Shown here: positions 39,432-52,756 of the stretch, piece after piece
Layout of the letters: each line of letters begins with the position of its first letter
How positions within the stretch are numbered: position 1 is the stretch's first letter
Assembly: GCF_006345805.1 (NCBI RefSeq)
Contig: NC_043006.1
Coordinates: 11,966,001 to 12,030,000 of the forward strand
Source: Octopus sinensis
Taxonomy: Eukaryota
Reading direction: 5' to 3'
DNA length: 64,000 nt
Translations under genes and position numbers: made by a program
The notes under the pieces: model-generated
The model's input: only the letters and a program-made list of their open reading frames with translations
Told to the model about the DNA's origin: nothing
The model's database searches: none

Positions 39432-41349
39432 AACCTTTGAGAAGTCACTGTTTCTAACGTATTCAAAACTTCCATTTCATATCGATCTCGCATTCAATGC
39501 AGAGATATTCATTAAATATTCCGACTCGACGGATATTGGTTGTATTGCTGTCTATTTAATGATGGATACAGATTATCTATTTTTTAATAGTGTTGGCTTT
39601 ATTTTAAGTTGGTTCGTTTGTTTTGTCCCCGTTCCGCTGCTTACTTGTTCGCTATTTCCACGCTACTTGTATGTTATTTAAACAATATATTTTGTGCGTA
39701 ATAATCACGTTTGTCACGGCTGAAATATCTTTCATCACATATCCGCTAGGTGAGGGTTTGCCGAGAGTTTAGCAGCGACCACAACTTATATTTTGTTTGA
39801 TATCTCACACGTTTCTACTTCGAGTTCTAATATGATTTCATGTTATCTACGTTAAATTTATTAGCGTCCAATGTGTGTTTGTCATGTGGAATTTGTCTTA
39901 CAGTGCAATCACAGTATTGTTGCTCCGTCATATCTCAGGAATTATTTTGGAAAGTTTAATATCAGTTAGGTTAGTGTGTAGGGTATAAACGTTATGACCA
40001 AGAGCATCCTAAGTTTGTATTTTGCAATCTTTCTTATAATCTACAGCTATTTTTTGTCTTATCATTCGTGAAAAAATTAACGATCATTTGCCATATCCAT
40101 AGATTCATAATCATGCAATGACTAGCAGCCTTAAACAATTGTTTCCTTATTTTCAAGTAAAATACATACAGCTCATATTAGCTTTAAGATGATCTATTTC
40201 ATAACATGAGAGTAGTTGATGGAATTTCTCATTTATTCTATATAGTTCTAAATGTTACTAAGTCATTGAAACAGTACAGTTAGGGCAATTCGGACGTTTG
40301 TTGCATCCAACGGGTTTTCATAGATTGTCTCGCATTTTAAACACAATTTACATTTGAGTAAATAGCTTATCGAATTATTTTTCTATCTAATATCTAAATA
40401 TTTTCCAGTATTGCCTCTGACATATCTTACGTCTTACACTGAAACCACAGTTCACTTACTTTCATTTCTAACGTGAAAACCTATTACATAATTAATTTAC
40501 AGTAACTTGGTCTATGAATAGTTTATACCACTATACTGATATTAAGAGCAGATGAATGTTTCAATGAGAGCCAAGTTCAAATTACAGCAAGCAACGAAAA
40601 AGAAAAATCATTTATAAGCGCAGATATAGTGGCCAAGTTAAGAAGTTCACTACACTGAAAGGTAGTTCGGTATTCGATCTTTCTACGAGGCGGCTTGAAT
40701 GGATATAGCATGTATTGCATTGTCTAATGCCTTGTAAGTGGAATTTCGATGAGTTCCGTAGGGTAATTACTGGGTTCGATACACCTGGTGAAAATCCTTC
40801 AAAGCAATACTGCTCCAGTACAATGATGGAATGAAAGAATCGTTTGGGAATTCTTTGTAAATATAGAAAATTACTTTGGGCAATTGAAATGCTATTTATG
40901 ATTCTCGTACACATGATAGCTTCTAAAGAAGAGAATATTTAAAAGTTAAAAATCAAATGCGATACAAACAAGCTGTATCGTTCCAAAATAATTATAGATT
41001 TGAGTATTTATTTTGTGGTGTTTCGTGAAAAAGACCTCAGGGATATTGCTATTAATTCGAAAGTGACCCTTTGCCAGAGAGTAATTGTTTTTGACCGCCT
41101 TTCTTCTTCGAATAAATGAAGTAAATCTGTTAATTAATACTTAGGCTCTTTAACAACTGATACTATTGTGTCTTGGAGACAACGAAAAGTCTTCTGCGTA
41201 GCATACGATGCAAAATATCAATATTAATATTTCAATAGCCATATTGCGATTGTGTTTCACTGCTCAATCGAGCGCAGACCTCTACACTGTAGGTTGTGAA
41301 GCTTATATTTTCTTATAATAAAATGTTCTTAATATTTCTATCTACAATA

Positions 41350-41700
41350 CATATTGATACTGTGTCCATATTTACAATGGTTCTAGCAGGCGATGTAATA
41401 TCGGTTGTCAAAGCCAGACTAGAAAATTACTAAAGTCTTCATGAAATTACCAAATGTTAATGTCATGGAGATGTTAAAATTCTACGTATGAAAATTAATT
41501 TCCAAATTGATAATGATATTTGTCAATATATTGAACATATGGCGCTGGGTTCACATTTGTCACAAATTATGGAAAATGTCTTCAAGGAATATTTCGAAAT
41601 CTTATCTGCAAAAAATTCCTTGAAACCCACAACTTGGGTAAAATACTTAGACGTCACATCTTATTCTTATAACACTAGAGCCATGTGCAAGTTGCTGAAA
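41350..41700 (+). pseudogene. Penelope-like element RT core remnant
   Basis: HIDTVSIFT (cf. FDVxSLFT), FQIDNDICQYIEHMALGSHLSQIMENVFKEYFE (cf. QxxGxAMGSPLSPxxANxFMExFE), PTTWVKYLDVT (cf. PxxWxRYVDDT). Confidence 0.75.
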
Positions 41701-42984
41701 CGTCGAAAATGAAAGAAGAATGAGTCACGACGTGTACAGATCGAAAACTGTTTGCCACAGGTGTATACGTAGCATATAGATCCCTCAAGTGCTAAAATGT
41801 ACTTACTTACTTGTACTTGTGGCGACATTCACCCTGGGAGGGTTGAGTCGGCTTCTTCTACTCATGGAAGAAGTTTCGTAGGGATATGTGGATTTCAGAA
41901 GCGGTGCCCAACAATCCCGCATTTGGAGACATCCTGTTTGCCGAAGATTGTCCGCAGACGCCGGGACATAATGACCGAGGAGCCGCCGGTTGCTGAAGCA
42001 GACACTCCGAGGATTTTCACCAGAGCCCCGTCTGCCGGGTTGTGGCCCTAATACCACTCGGTGTCAGACCAATCTGCCTTGGGTGACCTTATCAGGAACC
42101 GAAGTTCCCGACGGCATAGCTCTGACACTACCCGTTGCCAGCGTCCCCACCATGTCTCTATGTACAACATCAGACAAAAGCAAACTGTGGTAGTGTGTGG
42201 GTCATAAGTCACGTATTCTGATAAAAGGAGTTTCAGAAAATACGTTCTTGTGTGACAAATGCTTAACTCATGATTATTACAAAATAGAAAGTAGATGTCA
42301 AGCTAAATTCCATTGGGTTTCTCTAAGAGATTGGGTGAATACATTTAGAGAACCCGCAGTAGATATTGCATCAGATGGCATTAAATATAACACCACACTT
42401 TGCCGGTTCTTCATTAGAGTTACATCAATCCAGAAATAATAAAGAACATCGGAACTGCATCTATAATAAACCACGCTTTTGCAGAAGATTATACAAAGGA
42501 CAAAACGGGAGGTCTCGAAGCGAGAGAGTCGGGGAATATAAAATGTCCTTAATGAAAGTAAAAACATCTATGCCAAGAAAGGTTGAACATATGTGAGGTG
42601 AATAATTAAGAATAATAGGGAATAAAATTTTTATGATAGATTAAGAATCACACAGAGGAAATTGCGAAATGAAAGTTGTTAATACGGTGCTTGATGAATT
42701 TCTAATCAAAAGTGTCAGCCCTGACTTTAGCTCACTGTTATTATTTTCGTTGAAAAAAGCATTTAAATAATCGATAAGTGTACTGGCATTAGGGGTAAAT
42801 CTCTTAGTTTTCAAATGTAGGTTTCAAGTTCAAATACATTGCAGTATTTATCTATATTCAGGAATAAGACACGGTTGATAAACCAGCAGAAATCTCGCCC
42901 ACTAATAGTAAGAGCCTGATGCAGTTCTCTTTCGTCGTGCGACCGGGAAACGGGGGAGGGGTTGCAGAGGAAAGTGACAAAACT

Positions 42985-43158
42985 GTGTGTCTGTGTGTTT
43001 GTGCATTTGAGTGTCTGTGTGTCTGTGTGTTTGTGTATTTGAGTGCCTGTGTGTTTGTGTATTTGAGTGTCTGTGTGTCTGTGTATTTGTGTATTTGAGT
43101 GTCTGTGTGTCTGTGTGTTTGTGCATTTGAGTTTCTGTGTGTCTGTGTGTTTGTGTGC
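42985..43158. repeat. minisatellite built from 8-bp units (GTGTCTGT/GTGTTTGT/GTATTTGA), ~24-32 bp period
   Basis: About five ...GTGTTTGTGTATTTGA repeats. Confidence 0.85.
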
Positions 43159-44395
43159 GGAATACAAAAGAACAAGAGAAGGAAAAACCCTTCTCAAAAA
43201 GCAGGTCAACACAACTAAAACAAGTGGAAAGGACATGTTTCCTCACCGCTCAGTCAGTCATAAAATTAATCGAGTTCCACTCGGAGAGCGATGCAGTTGC
43301 ATAGAGGATGTTCTGCTCTTCCAGTGAACCTTGTGAAATATGAACTAGAGGAACTACAATAAATCTCATTGACGGGCCTTCTCTCGGCGTGTGCTTGTAA
43401 GCTGGGTTTTACAACTAAGAGTGGCTACTTGCTTTTGGTAGTCTTGGAAATTCTTGATGTGTTGGGTTGATTATGTTCCTCTAGATCGCTCTTTCTATAT
43501 ATAGTTTACTCACACTTTGTTTTTCTTTCATGTATGCCTTCAGTTTCTCATAATCGATTCTGCTTAAAAAGCTGTGGGGTGGGAAGTAACCAGTTTTATG
43601 GACATTTCTTTGACTTAATCATATTGTGGCTTTCCTTTTTGACAGAGACGGTTCAGGTTCAGCGTTACTATTGTTCCTCTTCTACTTCTTCTTCTTCTTC
43701 TTCTTCTTCTTATTATTATTATTACTAAAATTGTTGCTCATGTACTAAAATTTGACACAATGATATTATCAAAGCTGGGAGCTTGGCAAAACTGTTACCG
43801 CGTAGGATAAAATTCTCAACGAAATGTCTTCCGTATCTCTGTGTTCTGAGTTCAAATCCCTCCGTCGTCAATTTCGTGTCTCATTCAGGCATTTTGATAA
43901 CCTCCTTCTTCCTCTGTAACAGTTTGTCCATCCACAACGTAAAATTTGCCATCGTCATTCCTAGTCGATTTTGCCTTTGCCTTTCACTCTTTCAGGATCA
44001 ATAAAGTACCAGTCAAGTTCTGGGATCGGATGTAATCCAATAACTCCTTCATAAAATGTGCTGCTCTTGTGTCAAAATCAAAACGAAAAAAGAATATTAT
44101 TGTTATTTGCGATGTTGCAGTTATCGTCTTCTTTGTCACATCACTCGTATTGCTGTCAATGCTGTCAGTCATGCCGTTGTATGTCTTCCTTTGCTGCGAC
44201 TATTTTTATCACCTCCTTCCGTTCTCACTGAAGGAAAGTATGAAGACATTGCCAGAGTAACGCGTGAAACCTTTCAACAAACTGATGTGTGGAAACGTTA
44301 CACTTATAAGTAAAAGAAACGCAAGGAATTTAAGAAATGTCTTTGAACATACAACATAAATACTGTAATTACAGCCCATCAAGACACTCAACTGC

Positions 44396-44455
<60 letters not shown>

Positions 44456-44465
44456 TGTGTGTGTA

Positions 44466-44498
<33 letters not shown>

Positions 44499-44500
44499 TT

Positions 44501-44810
44501 GGAGTCGCAATGGCCCAGTGGTTAGGGCTGCGGACTCGCGTTCGGAGGATCGCGGTTTCGATTACCAGACCGGGCGTTGTGTGTGTTTATTAAGCGAAAA
44601 CACCTAAACGCTCCACGAGGCTCTGGGGGTGAGGGTGGGATGGCAACCCCTGTTGTACTCTTTCGCCACAACTTTCTCTCACTCTCACTTCCTCTTTCTT
44701 GAGTAACGCTGCGATGGACTGGCGTCCCGTCCAGCTGGGGGGGGGGGAACACATACACCACAGAAACTGGGAAACCGGGCCCATGAGCCTGGCTAGGCTT
44801 GAAAAGGGCG
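44501..44810 (+). mobile_element. SINE head B + tail 2
   Basis: Head as 6837; GAGTAACGCTGCGATGGACTGGCGTCCCGTCCAGCTGGGG...CCCATGAGCCTGGCTAGGCTTGAAAAGGGCG tail, otherwise found on head D copies. Confidence 0.92.
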
Positions 44811-44819
44811 ACGTTTATC

Positions 44820-44886
<67 letters not shown>

Positions 44887-44911
44887 ATATATATGTAAAC
44901 GATAAACGTCG

Positions 44912-44912
<1 letters not shown>
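44808..44912. repeat. palindrome centred on a (TA)n tract
   Basis: GCGACGTTTATCGTTTACATAT... and ...ATATGTAAACGATAAACGTCGC are exact reverse complements. Confidence 0.9.
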
Positions 44913-44962
<50 letters not shown>

Positions 44963-45708
44963 AGTATAGGTATATGTTACTATGTTTTACTCAAAATTTG
45001 CTCAAGAGATGCGTTAAAAATAAATAAAGTTCTAGTAAATATTCTGTTTTCAATAATCTAATTTATTCAGAAACATAGACATGTACTTATAATAACTAAG
45101 TCTACATTGTGTGTCTGCGTTACTGAATTTGATATTCTTTGATATTGCTCAGAGGAACGTAGGTAGTACATTTAGTAGTTGGTATGACTAATTGCTTTGT
45201 CTAGAGCGACGTCTATTGAAACTGATGTCATGTTGTAATGTATTTGGGTCAGGAGAATTCAATATTGGAGGATGTGATAGTGATATCTCTTGCAGAAGAG
45301 GTGGTGTGAGAGGGTAGCAGTCAATGTATTTATTCAGAGCCAGGTTTATTATGGTTAGTGATGATGTCACTATAGTAGTTATTGGAGTTGACAAATCGTT
45401 GGAGGATTTGATAGTGAAACCCTTTTTCGTACGCATCGTTGCGAGAAAGTAGCGACCAGATTGAGGGAAGGTAACGACCTGTTTAGCCCCTGGTCAGTTA
45501 TGGGAATGCGAAATCTATCAGCCAGAGAGTTTCACTAATAATCGTATCCTACTTTAGAAATACAAAATCAAAGTGTCCTTTTTAAAGGGATAAGATTGTA
45601 AAGAAGAACGATCATGAAGCGGTTTCCTGATTGGTTCAGTGTTTTGTTTGTATTCTGTCTGTTTGTATCACTGATTGTGTATGTGTATATATTTAAAAAA
45701 ATAAATAA

Positions 45709-45940
45709 ATGCACCCTTTTAAAGCCTAGCCAGGCTCATGGACCTGGCGTATGTGTTCCCTAGCTGGATGGAATGCCAGTCTATCGTAGTATTACTCATT
45801 TTTACCAGCTGAGTGGACTCGAGCAACGTGAAATGAAGTGTTTTGCTCAAGAACACAACGCGTCGCCCGGTCCAGGAATCGAAACCACAATCTTACGATC
45901 ATGATGCTGATACCCTAACCACTACGCCACGTTCTTCCAC
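45709..45940 (-). mobile_element. SINE head D + CORE-like domain + tail 2
   Basis: Homologous to 34619-34863. Confidence 0.88.
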
Positions 45941-46554
45941 ATGTGTATATATTTATTGATATTAAATGGTTGGCTCGTTAGAGCGTTGGATAAAATGCAT
46001 TGCAATATTTACTCAGGCACTTAGCACTCAAAGATCAAATCTCACCACATTCAACTTTGCCTTTTATTTGTCCTTTCTCCATATGTTATATGCTGAAATA
46101 AGTGGGGTGGAGGGTCACAAACAAAGAGACAGAGAGAGAAAGAAAGGTTGAGAGAAATAGAGAGAGAGTAAGATAGGGAGAGAGAAATAGCGAGAAAGAG
46201 AGTAAGAAAGGAGGAGTGAAATAGAGAAAGCATGTGAATGGAAGTGAATGTGTATTTACGCGTGTTTGTGTAAGTCTGTTGGCAACTACAGAGGCACCAA
46301 AACAATTAGCAAAGCATAATATTTGCCGTCCAATAATACTCGAGGCACAGTAACGGCCGTAGGTGTTATTGTAGTTTTCTAGGTTTCATTTTCTAGATTT
46401 CATAGTAGCAGACATAATACCGATAGTGCTGGTCATATAGTAATAGTTTTGTATATACATACAGACATATATATTTCAGAGTTCTTCGCTTTGAAACCAA
46501 AAGAGTTTTACATTGATGGGATTAAAAAGTTTGTAAATAGGTGGAAGGAATTCA

Positions 46555-46962
46555 CAGGAGTGGCTGTGTGGTAAGTAGCTTGCTAACCAACCACATGGTT
46601 CCGGGTTCAGTCCCACTGCGTGGCATCTTGGGCAAGTGTCTTCTGCTATAGCCCCGGGCCGACCAATGCCTTGTGAGTGGATTTGGTAGACGGAAACTGA
46701 AAGAAGCCTGTCGTATATATGTATATATATATAAGTGTGTGTGTATATGTTTGTGTGTCTGTGTTTGTCCCTCTAGCATTGCTTGACAACCGATGCTGGT
46801 GTGTTTACGTCCCCGTCACTTAGCGGTTCGGCAAAGAGACCGATAGAATAAGTACTGGGCTTACAAAAAAATAAGTCCCGGGGTCGATTTGCTCGACTAA
46901 AAGGCGAGGCTCCAGCATGGCCCCAGTCAAATGACTGAAACAAGTAAAGAGTAAAGAGTAAA
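46555..46962 (+). mobile_element. SINE family A (full length, undeleted)
   Basis: Complete head, core and GTAAAGAG tail repeats. Confidence 0.92.
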
Positions 46963-47062
46963 GGTATTCATAGGTAATCAGGAAATGTAGATTGATGATT
47001 AAATTTCAATTAAATATAACATTTGATCACTTGTTTTCTTTATTCAAAATTCGGACAGAATT

Positions 47063-47497
47063 TGTGGGATGACCTGATAGATATATGCATTGTATGTATG
47101 GATGGATGGATGGATGGATTTATGTATACATGTAAAAGAGTGAGTAAGAGAGAAAGAAAGAAGAGAAAATAAGTACCAGTTGCGTACGTGGGTCGATATA
47201 ATCGTCTGATATCCTTGTGGGATGACCTGATAGATATATGCATTGTATGTATGTATGGATGGATTTATGTATACATGTAAAAGAGTGAGAAAGAGAGAAA
47301 GAAGAGAAAGTAAGTACCAGTCGCGCACGTGGGTCGATATAATCGTCTGATATCCTTGTGGGATGACCTGATAGATATATGCATTGTATGTATGTATGGA
47401 TGGATTTATGTATACATGTAAAAGAGTGAGAAAGAGAGAAAGAAGAGAAAGTAAGTACCAGTTGCGTACGTGGGTCGATATAATCGACTGATATCCT
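47063..47497. repeat. three tandem copies of a 141-153 bp unit containing a family C SINE fragment
   Basis: Unit starts TGTGGGATGACCTGATAG at 47063, 47216 and 47357. Confidence 0.92.
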
Positions 47498-47569
47498 TCC
47501 CTGAAATTTCAGGCCTTGTGCATATGAATATTGGAACGATATGAATATTGCTAGTTGCTAAGAAACTTT

Positions 47570-47800
47570 TAGGGACCAGGTGTAGTGTTTGAGAGCTGAA
47601 TCAAGAAAATTAATAATAGAGATTGGTTTGATGATAATGATGCCAATATCAACCAGCTACTGGGAATAAAGCACTCCCTTTTGCAATATCTGTTAGACCG
47701 GAACTTGCAAAATCGATCGACTGCTGAAAAGATATTTAAACCGGTTAGGGCAACTGTGCAACGTAAGCTGAGGAGGATTAAAATCAGATGAAGTGTGAGT
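47570..47800 (+). pseudogene. RTE/BovB-like LINE fragment (endonuclease-RT linker)
   Basis: RDWFDDNDANINQLLGIKH...FKPVRATVQRKLRRIK, cf. RTE QDWFDENDxEIxxLLxxK...RxxVQxxLRxMK. Confidence 0.7.
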
Positions 47801-48621
47801 GAAATATGGTAGGTGGAAACGGGTGGACTATACTATACGTGTTATTCAAATGTCCACCCATATCGGATTGTGTTACAGAGATTTCAAGCGTGAGAATTAC
47901 TTTAAAGGTATACGAATCTGTAGAATACAGTGAGTAGTGTTTCGCTCGATCAAACAACTATGAATTTTACCTAAGTCTTCACACCTACGTTTCTACATAT
48001 GATCACGTGCCTCATTCAGGTGTGTATATGTATGCGTGTGTGTGTGTATGTATGTGTGTGCATATCTATGTGTATAAACATTCTAAACACATACACTCTG
48101 ATTAAAGAAATGTGTGTACATACATGTGTGCATATATACATATATGTGGGTGTGTATGTATTTTACTAAATATAAATGCACATAGATCCATCAAATCCAT
48201 ACATATATACATCTATATTTCTATGTATGTATGTTTGCATGTATGTATGCATGTATCTATCTAACAAAACATACATATATATACATATATATATATATAT
48301 GTATGTATGTATGTATATATATATTTATTGAATATAAATATGCACACACACAGACACACACATATACATATATACACAGTAACAGTTAAAATGGCAGCTG
48401 TTTATAGTTTTTGTGTATCAGGGTTGACCACGTTTCGTATCGCCATATTGTTTCTGTATGAATCTGGTGTATGTGATATTTTATGAAATAATATTTATAT
48501 ATCATACATCTGATCACACGGCATAGGTCAGACTGAGGTTGGGGTTTGTGTTGGTGCTATTACCTTTACATTATAATATCAAATACCCTATACATATATA
48601 TGTTTATGTATGTTTATATAT

Positions 48622-48928
48622 ATCACCGTGACCGACCAGGCCATCAGATGCTGCTGCACATCGCTGGTCACAATGCGCTTCGCATTGTTTCTAGCCTTCA
48701 AATGACGCCAACCCGCTGGCTAAGCGAGCAGGCCAACAGAAGACAGAATGAGAGAAAGTTGTGGCGAAAGAGTAGAGCAGGGTTCGCCGCCACCCCCTGC
48801 CGGAAACTCATGGAGCTTTAGGTGTTTTTTTCGCTCAATAAACACTCACAACGCCCGGTCTGGGAATGGAAAGCGCGATCCTACGACCACGAGTCCGCTG
48901 CTCTAACCACTGGGCCATTGCACCTCCA
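48622..48928 (-). mobile_element. SINE head B + tail 1
   Basis: Homologous to 16058-16370. Confidence 0.9.
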
Positions 48929-49038
48929 CATATATGTTTATATATATGTATATTTTGACTATTTATTAAAATTTATGTATTGATTAAGTCTTTCCTTGTT
49001 TGTTTTGCAAAATAGTGGTTTTGTCTCGAATAATATTT

Positions 49039-49160
<122 letters not shown>

Positions 49161-49888
49161 TATATGTTTGTGTGTGTGAAGGTGTGGAAAAGAAAGAGAG
49201 AGGTAAGAGAAAATTTGTACAAACATAAATATATACGCAATATTTAGAGATATAGATGAGTAGCGCATGATTAATGCCAGCGCAATTACGACTTAATATT
49301 ATACAGTTTTATATAAATAATTAAGCGAAGTATAGTGGGTTATCCATTGTATAATATTTGAAGTTCTAAAAGTTAAAACAGATTTAATGCATTAATTATA
49401 AAATATATATATTCGCCTCCTACGTCTCATGAATAATAAATCTCCATCGTATATATGTTTGCTATCGTTAAGTGTGACGTAGGTTGTTCCTGCGATTCTT
49501 AATGGGTGTATGAGATTTGATGCATGTTTTCAATCCAGTAAGACATCATTTATAGCTTTTAGGTTACCGATAAATCCATCGTTAACATAAAACTCAATTA
49601 ATTTATTTAGTTATGAACGTTAAATATTAGATTATTTAAGTGGGTTTCTTAATAATGTTGTTGAAAGTATAGCCGAGTAGAGGATTTAAAACGAGAGCTA
49701 TCTCATTAAAATTTGAAGATGAATTATTTTAAGTAATCTCATCACATATTCATATTTATATAATTAAATACAATCATTAACCGTTGCCAAAACAGATATT
49801 TTTTTCGGAATTTAAATAAGTTTCAGCCACATCGGTTTCAGATGCAACTGAAATAAAGACAAGACATATATGCTGAACGGCATACATA

Positions 49889-50100
49889 CGATGGGGCGTT
49901 GACAAGTTCTTGGCTTTATGGGTGTCACAAAAGGCCTGGCTGGTGACCCAAAATTCCGAGTTCTTTTACAAGGTTTAGAAAAACTGAAGGGCCGCTGCCA
50001 TAGGTATGTGAATCTGTGAGGGGAATATTTTAAATAAAATCATAACTGATCCTCCTGTATTCTCTTTTACCCAAAGCCGGGACCTTTTCACCACGCCTCG
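49889..50100 (+). mobile_element. internally deleted mariner element with TA TSD
   Basis: TA|CGATGGGGCGTTGACAAGTTCTTGGCTTT ... AAAGCCGGGACCTTTTCACCACGCCTCG|TA; encodes GLEKLKGRCHRYVNL, like the mariner C-terminus GIxKLxxRWxKC. Confidence 0.75.
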
Positions 50101-50146
50101 TATATACATACAAATATATATCTGTCTATACGTATGTGTATGAGGT

Positions 50147-50233
<87 letters not shown>

Positions 50234-50234
50234 G

Positions 50235-50285
<51 letters not shown>

Positions 50286-50314
50286 GTCTATCTGTCTATC
50301 TATCTATCTATCTA

Positions 50315-50704
50315 TTCTTTTACTCGTTTCAGTCATTTGATTGCGGCCATGCGGGAGCACCGCCTTTAGTTGAACAAATCGACCCCAGAACTTATTCTTT
50401 GTAAGCCTAGTACTTATTCTATTGGGTTCATTTTGGCGAACTGCTAAGTGACGGGGATGTAACCGCAGCAACATCGGTTGTCAAGCGATGGTGGGGGAGG
50501 AACAGACACAAAAACACAAGCAATCATACATACATACACATACGACGGGCTTCTTTGAGTTTCCATCTACCAAATTCACTCAAGATTTTGGTCGACCTGA
50601 GGCTAAAATAGAGGACTCTTGCCCTAGTTACGATGCACAAGGACTGAACTCGGAACCATGTTGTTGGTAAGCAAGATAATTACCATACAACCACTTCTGT
50701 GCTT
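50315..50704 (-). mobile_element. diverged SINE family A
   Basis: Colinear with family A, many substitutions. Confidence 0.85.
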
Positions 50705-50741
50705 ACCTATACAACTTCGTGATAATAATAATTATTATTGT

Positions 50742-50834
<93 letters not shown>

Positions 50835-51173
50835 GAATATATGTTTCTCAAACGGATTGATTTATAAATCATTTGGAACATTTGGACATGTTATAAGATA
50901 CTGAACTCCCACGCAAAGGGTTAGCGTTTCGCATCCTATTATCCGCTGTATTATTATTGGCGTAGCTAATTCATTTAATAGATAACGATTACGTCAGCCA
51001 AGCTTTTAATAGTTATGGCAGAATGTTACAGGTCGTAAGTGTAAGAACAAGTATACAGTGGCGTCTGAAAAATCATATAGAGTTTTGTTTTCATGTTGTA
51101 CGATCAGTCTTTAATGTTCACTCACAATTAGGGTCGGAGTTCTTTGGTTCGACATGAAAGAGATAAGCTGTAG

Positions 51174-51425
51174 ACAAGAGAACAGTTTCATCGATACTCA
51201 CAAAATACATGCGTATTGAAATTCACTGTTAGAACTACTATTACAGTACACACACCTACTGCCAAGAACTACAGATTTCATAGCAATATTAGGAATAGCT
51301 TTAAGAACGTTGAGGTAACAATCTGTATGAATGAATTTAATCCACCACTTTATAGATACCGGCAAAATAAGTCAAATGGTTATAAACCGGAGAGATTTCA
51401 AATAGAAGGTGTGAAAACTTTCTAA
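51174..51425 (+). pseudogene. possible ancient non-LTR RT fragment
   Basis: KNYRFHSNIRNSFKNVEVTI...SNGYKPER keeps the NYRxxS-6-KxxExxI...GFxxGR spacing of LINE RTs. Confidence 0.35.
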
Positions 51426-51516
51426 AAGAAGGGTTTTATTGGTATCCCGAAGAATATGGTGAATTCGAAAGAGCTATAGATAATATACAAGGAATCTTTT
51501 ATAGAAATATACTATA

Positions 51517-51681
51517 GGCGTAGGAGTGGCTGTGTGGTAAGTAGCTTGCTTACCAACCACATGGTCTCGGATTCAGTCCCACTGTGTGACACATTGGACA
51601 AGTGTCTTCTACTATAGCCTGGGGCCGACCAAAGCCTTGCGAGTAGATTTGGTAGACGGAAACTGAAAGAAGCTCGTTTTA

Positions 51682-51749
<68 letters not shown>

Positions 51750-51970
51750 TGTGTGTGTATATGTTTGTGTGTCTGTGTTTATCTCCCCAACATCGCTTGG
51801 TAACCGATGCTGGTGTGTTTACGTTCACGTAACTAGCAGTTCGGCAAAAGAGACCGATAGAATACGTAGTAGGCTTACAAAAAATAAGTTCTGGGGTCGA
51901 TTTGCTCGACTAAAGGCGGTGTTCCAGCATGGCCGCAGTCAAATGACTGAAAAATTAAAAGAGTAAAGAG
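51517..51970 (+). mobile_element. SINE family A with expanded internal (TA)n
   Basis: Complete head to tail. Confidence 0.9.
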
Positions 51971-52056
51971 TATAGATTATGCATGTTTTTATTCTGCAAT
52001 TTACACAATTAAAATTTTAGAGAAAAAAAATTCCAATTACCGTACATACGTAATCA

Positions 52057-52673
52057 TCTCTCTATATATAAATGGCAGTTTGTCTGTCTGTGTGTCTGTC
52101 AGGTTGTACCCTCACCCTGACCACGGCTTTCAACCGATTCTGATGAAACTTGACACACACATAGCCCAATGTCATAATTCAAAACTAACGCAGCGAAAAT
52201 TTTGAAAAATTCCCCCAGTTCTGAAAAAAATCAATAAATTCAACATGGGGTCGAGAATCTAAGCTTTTTATATGCAACACATTTTCTGTCTAGGGGACAC
52301 AACTCGACAGCTAGGGACAGCTATGGACATCGTATACACAGAAGTATTCGAGTGAAGAGAAGACATTGCAACCTATGCTTATATTACCTATGCTTATATT
52401 ACCTAAAACGTTGAAGATTTTGCATCCGAAAACCTAATTTTCTTCGAGATTGCATATAAGTTTTAGTTAATACTAGCAGCATAGCCGGCGTTGCCCGGGT
52501 ATGTAAGAGCCCCTAGTAGGCAACGACTAATCCCAATCTAGTCCTTTCCCTCTAGGGAACGAAGGCGCATATGTATGCGCCTTCGTTCCCTAGAGGGAAA
52601 GGACTAGATTGGGATTAGTCGTTGCCTACTAGGGGCTCTTACATACCCGGGCAACGCCGGGCTATGCTGCTAG
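52057..52673 (+). mobile_element. non-autonomous Helitron-type element containing an inverted copy of its own 3' end
   Basis: A|TCTCTCTATATATAAATGGCAG 5' end; CCCGG-GCAACG-CCGGG hairpin-CTATGCTG-CTAG|T 3' end at 52670-52674. Confidence 0.75.
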
Positions 52674-52756
52674 TATTAACTAAAACTTATATGCAATCTC
52701 GAAGAAAATTAGGTTTTCGGATGCAAAATCTTCAACGTTTTAGGTAATATAAGCAT
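52390..52756. repeat. near-perfect palindrome, ~182-bp arms, 2-nt loop
   Basis: 52390-52571 vs reverse complement of 52574-52756: one indel in a G run. Confidence 0.95.

Noticed and set aside
40660-40760. Possible mariner 3' end (TACGAGG..., FHLQGIRQC on minus strand)
   Set aside because: Too little similarity and no matching second TIR.
44235-44313. Exon-like KYEDIARVTRETFQQTDVWKRY
   Set aside because: Weak splice sites, adjacent to decayed SINE/simple repeat, unrecognised.
47063-47497. Repeat arrays as CRISPR-like systems
   Set aside because: Head-to-tail units without unique spacers, eukaryotic context, no cas genes.
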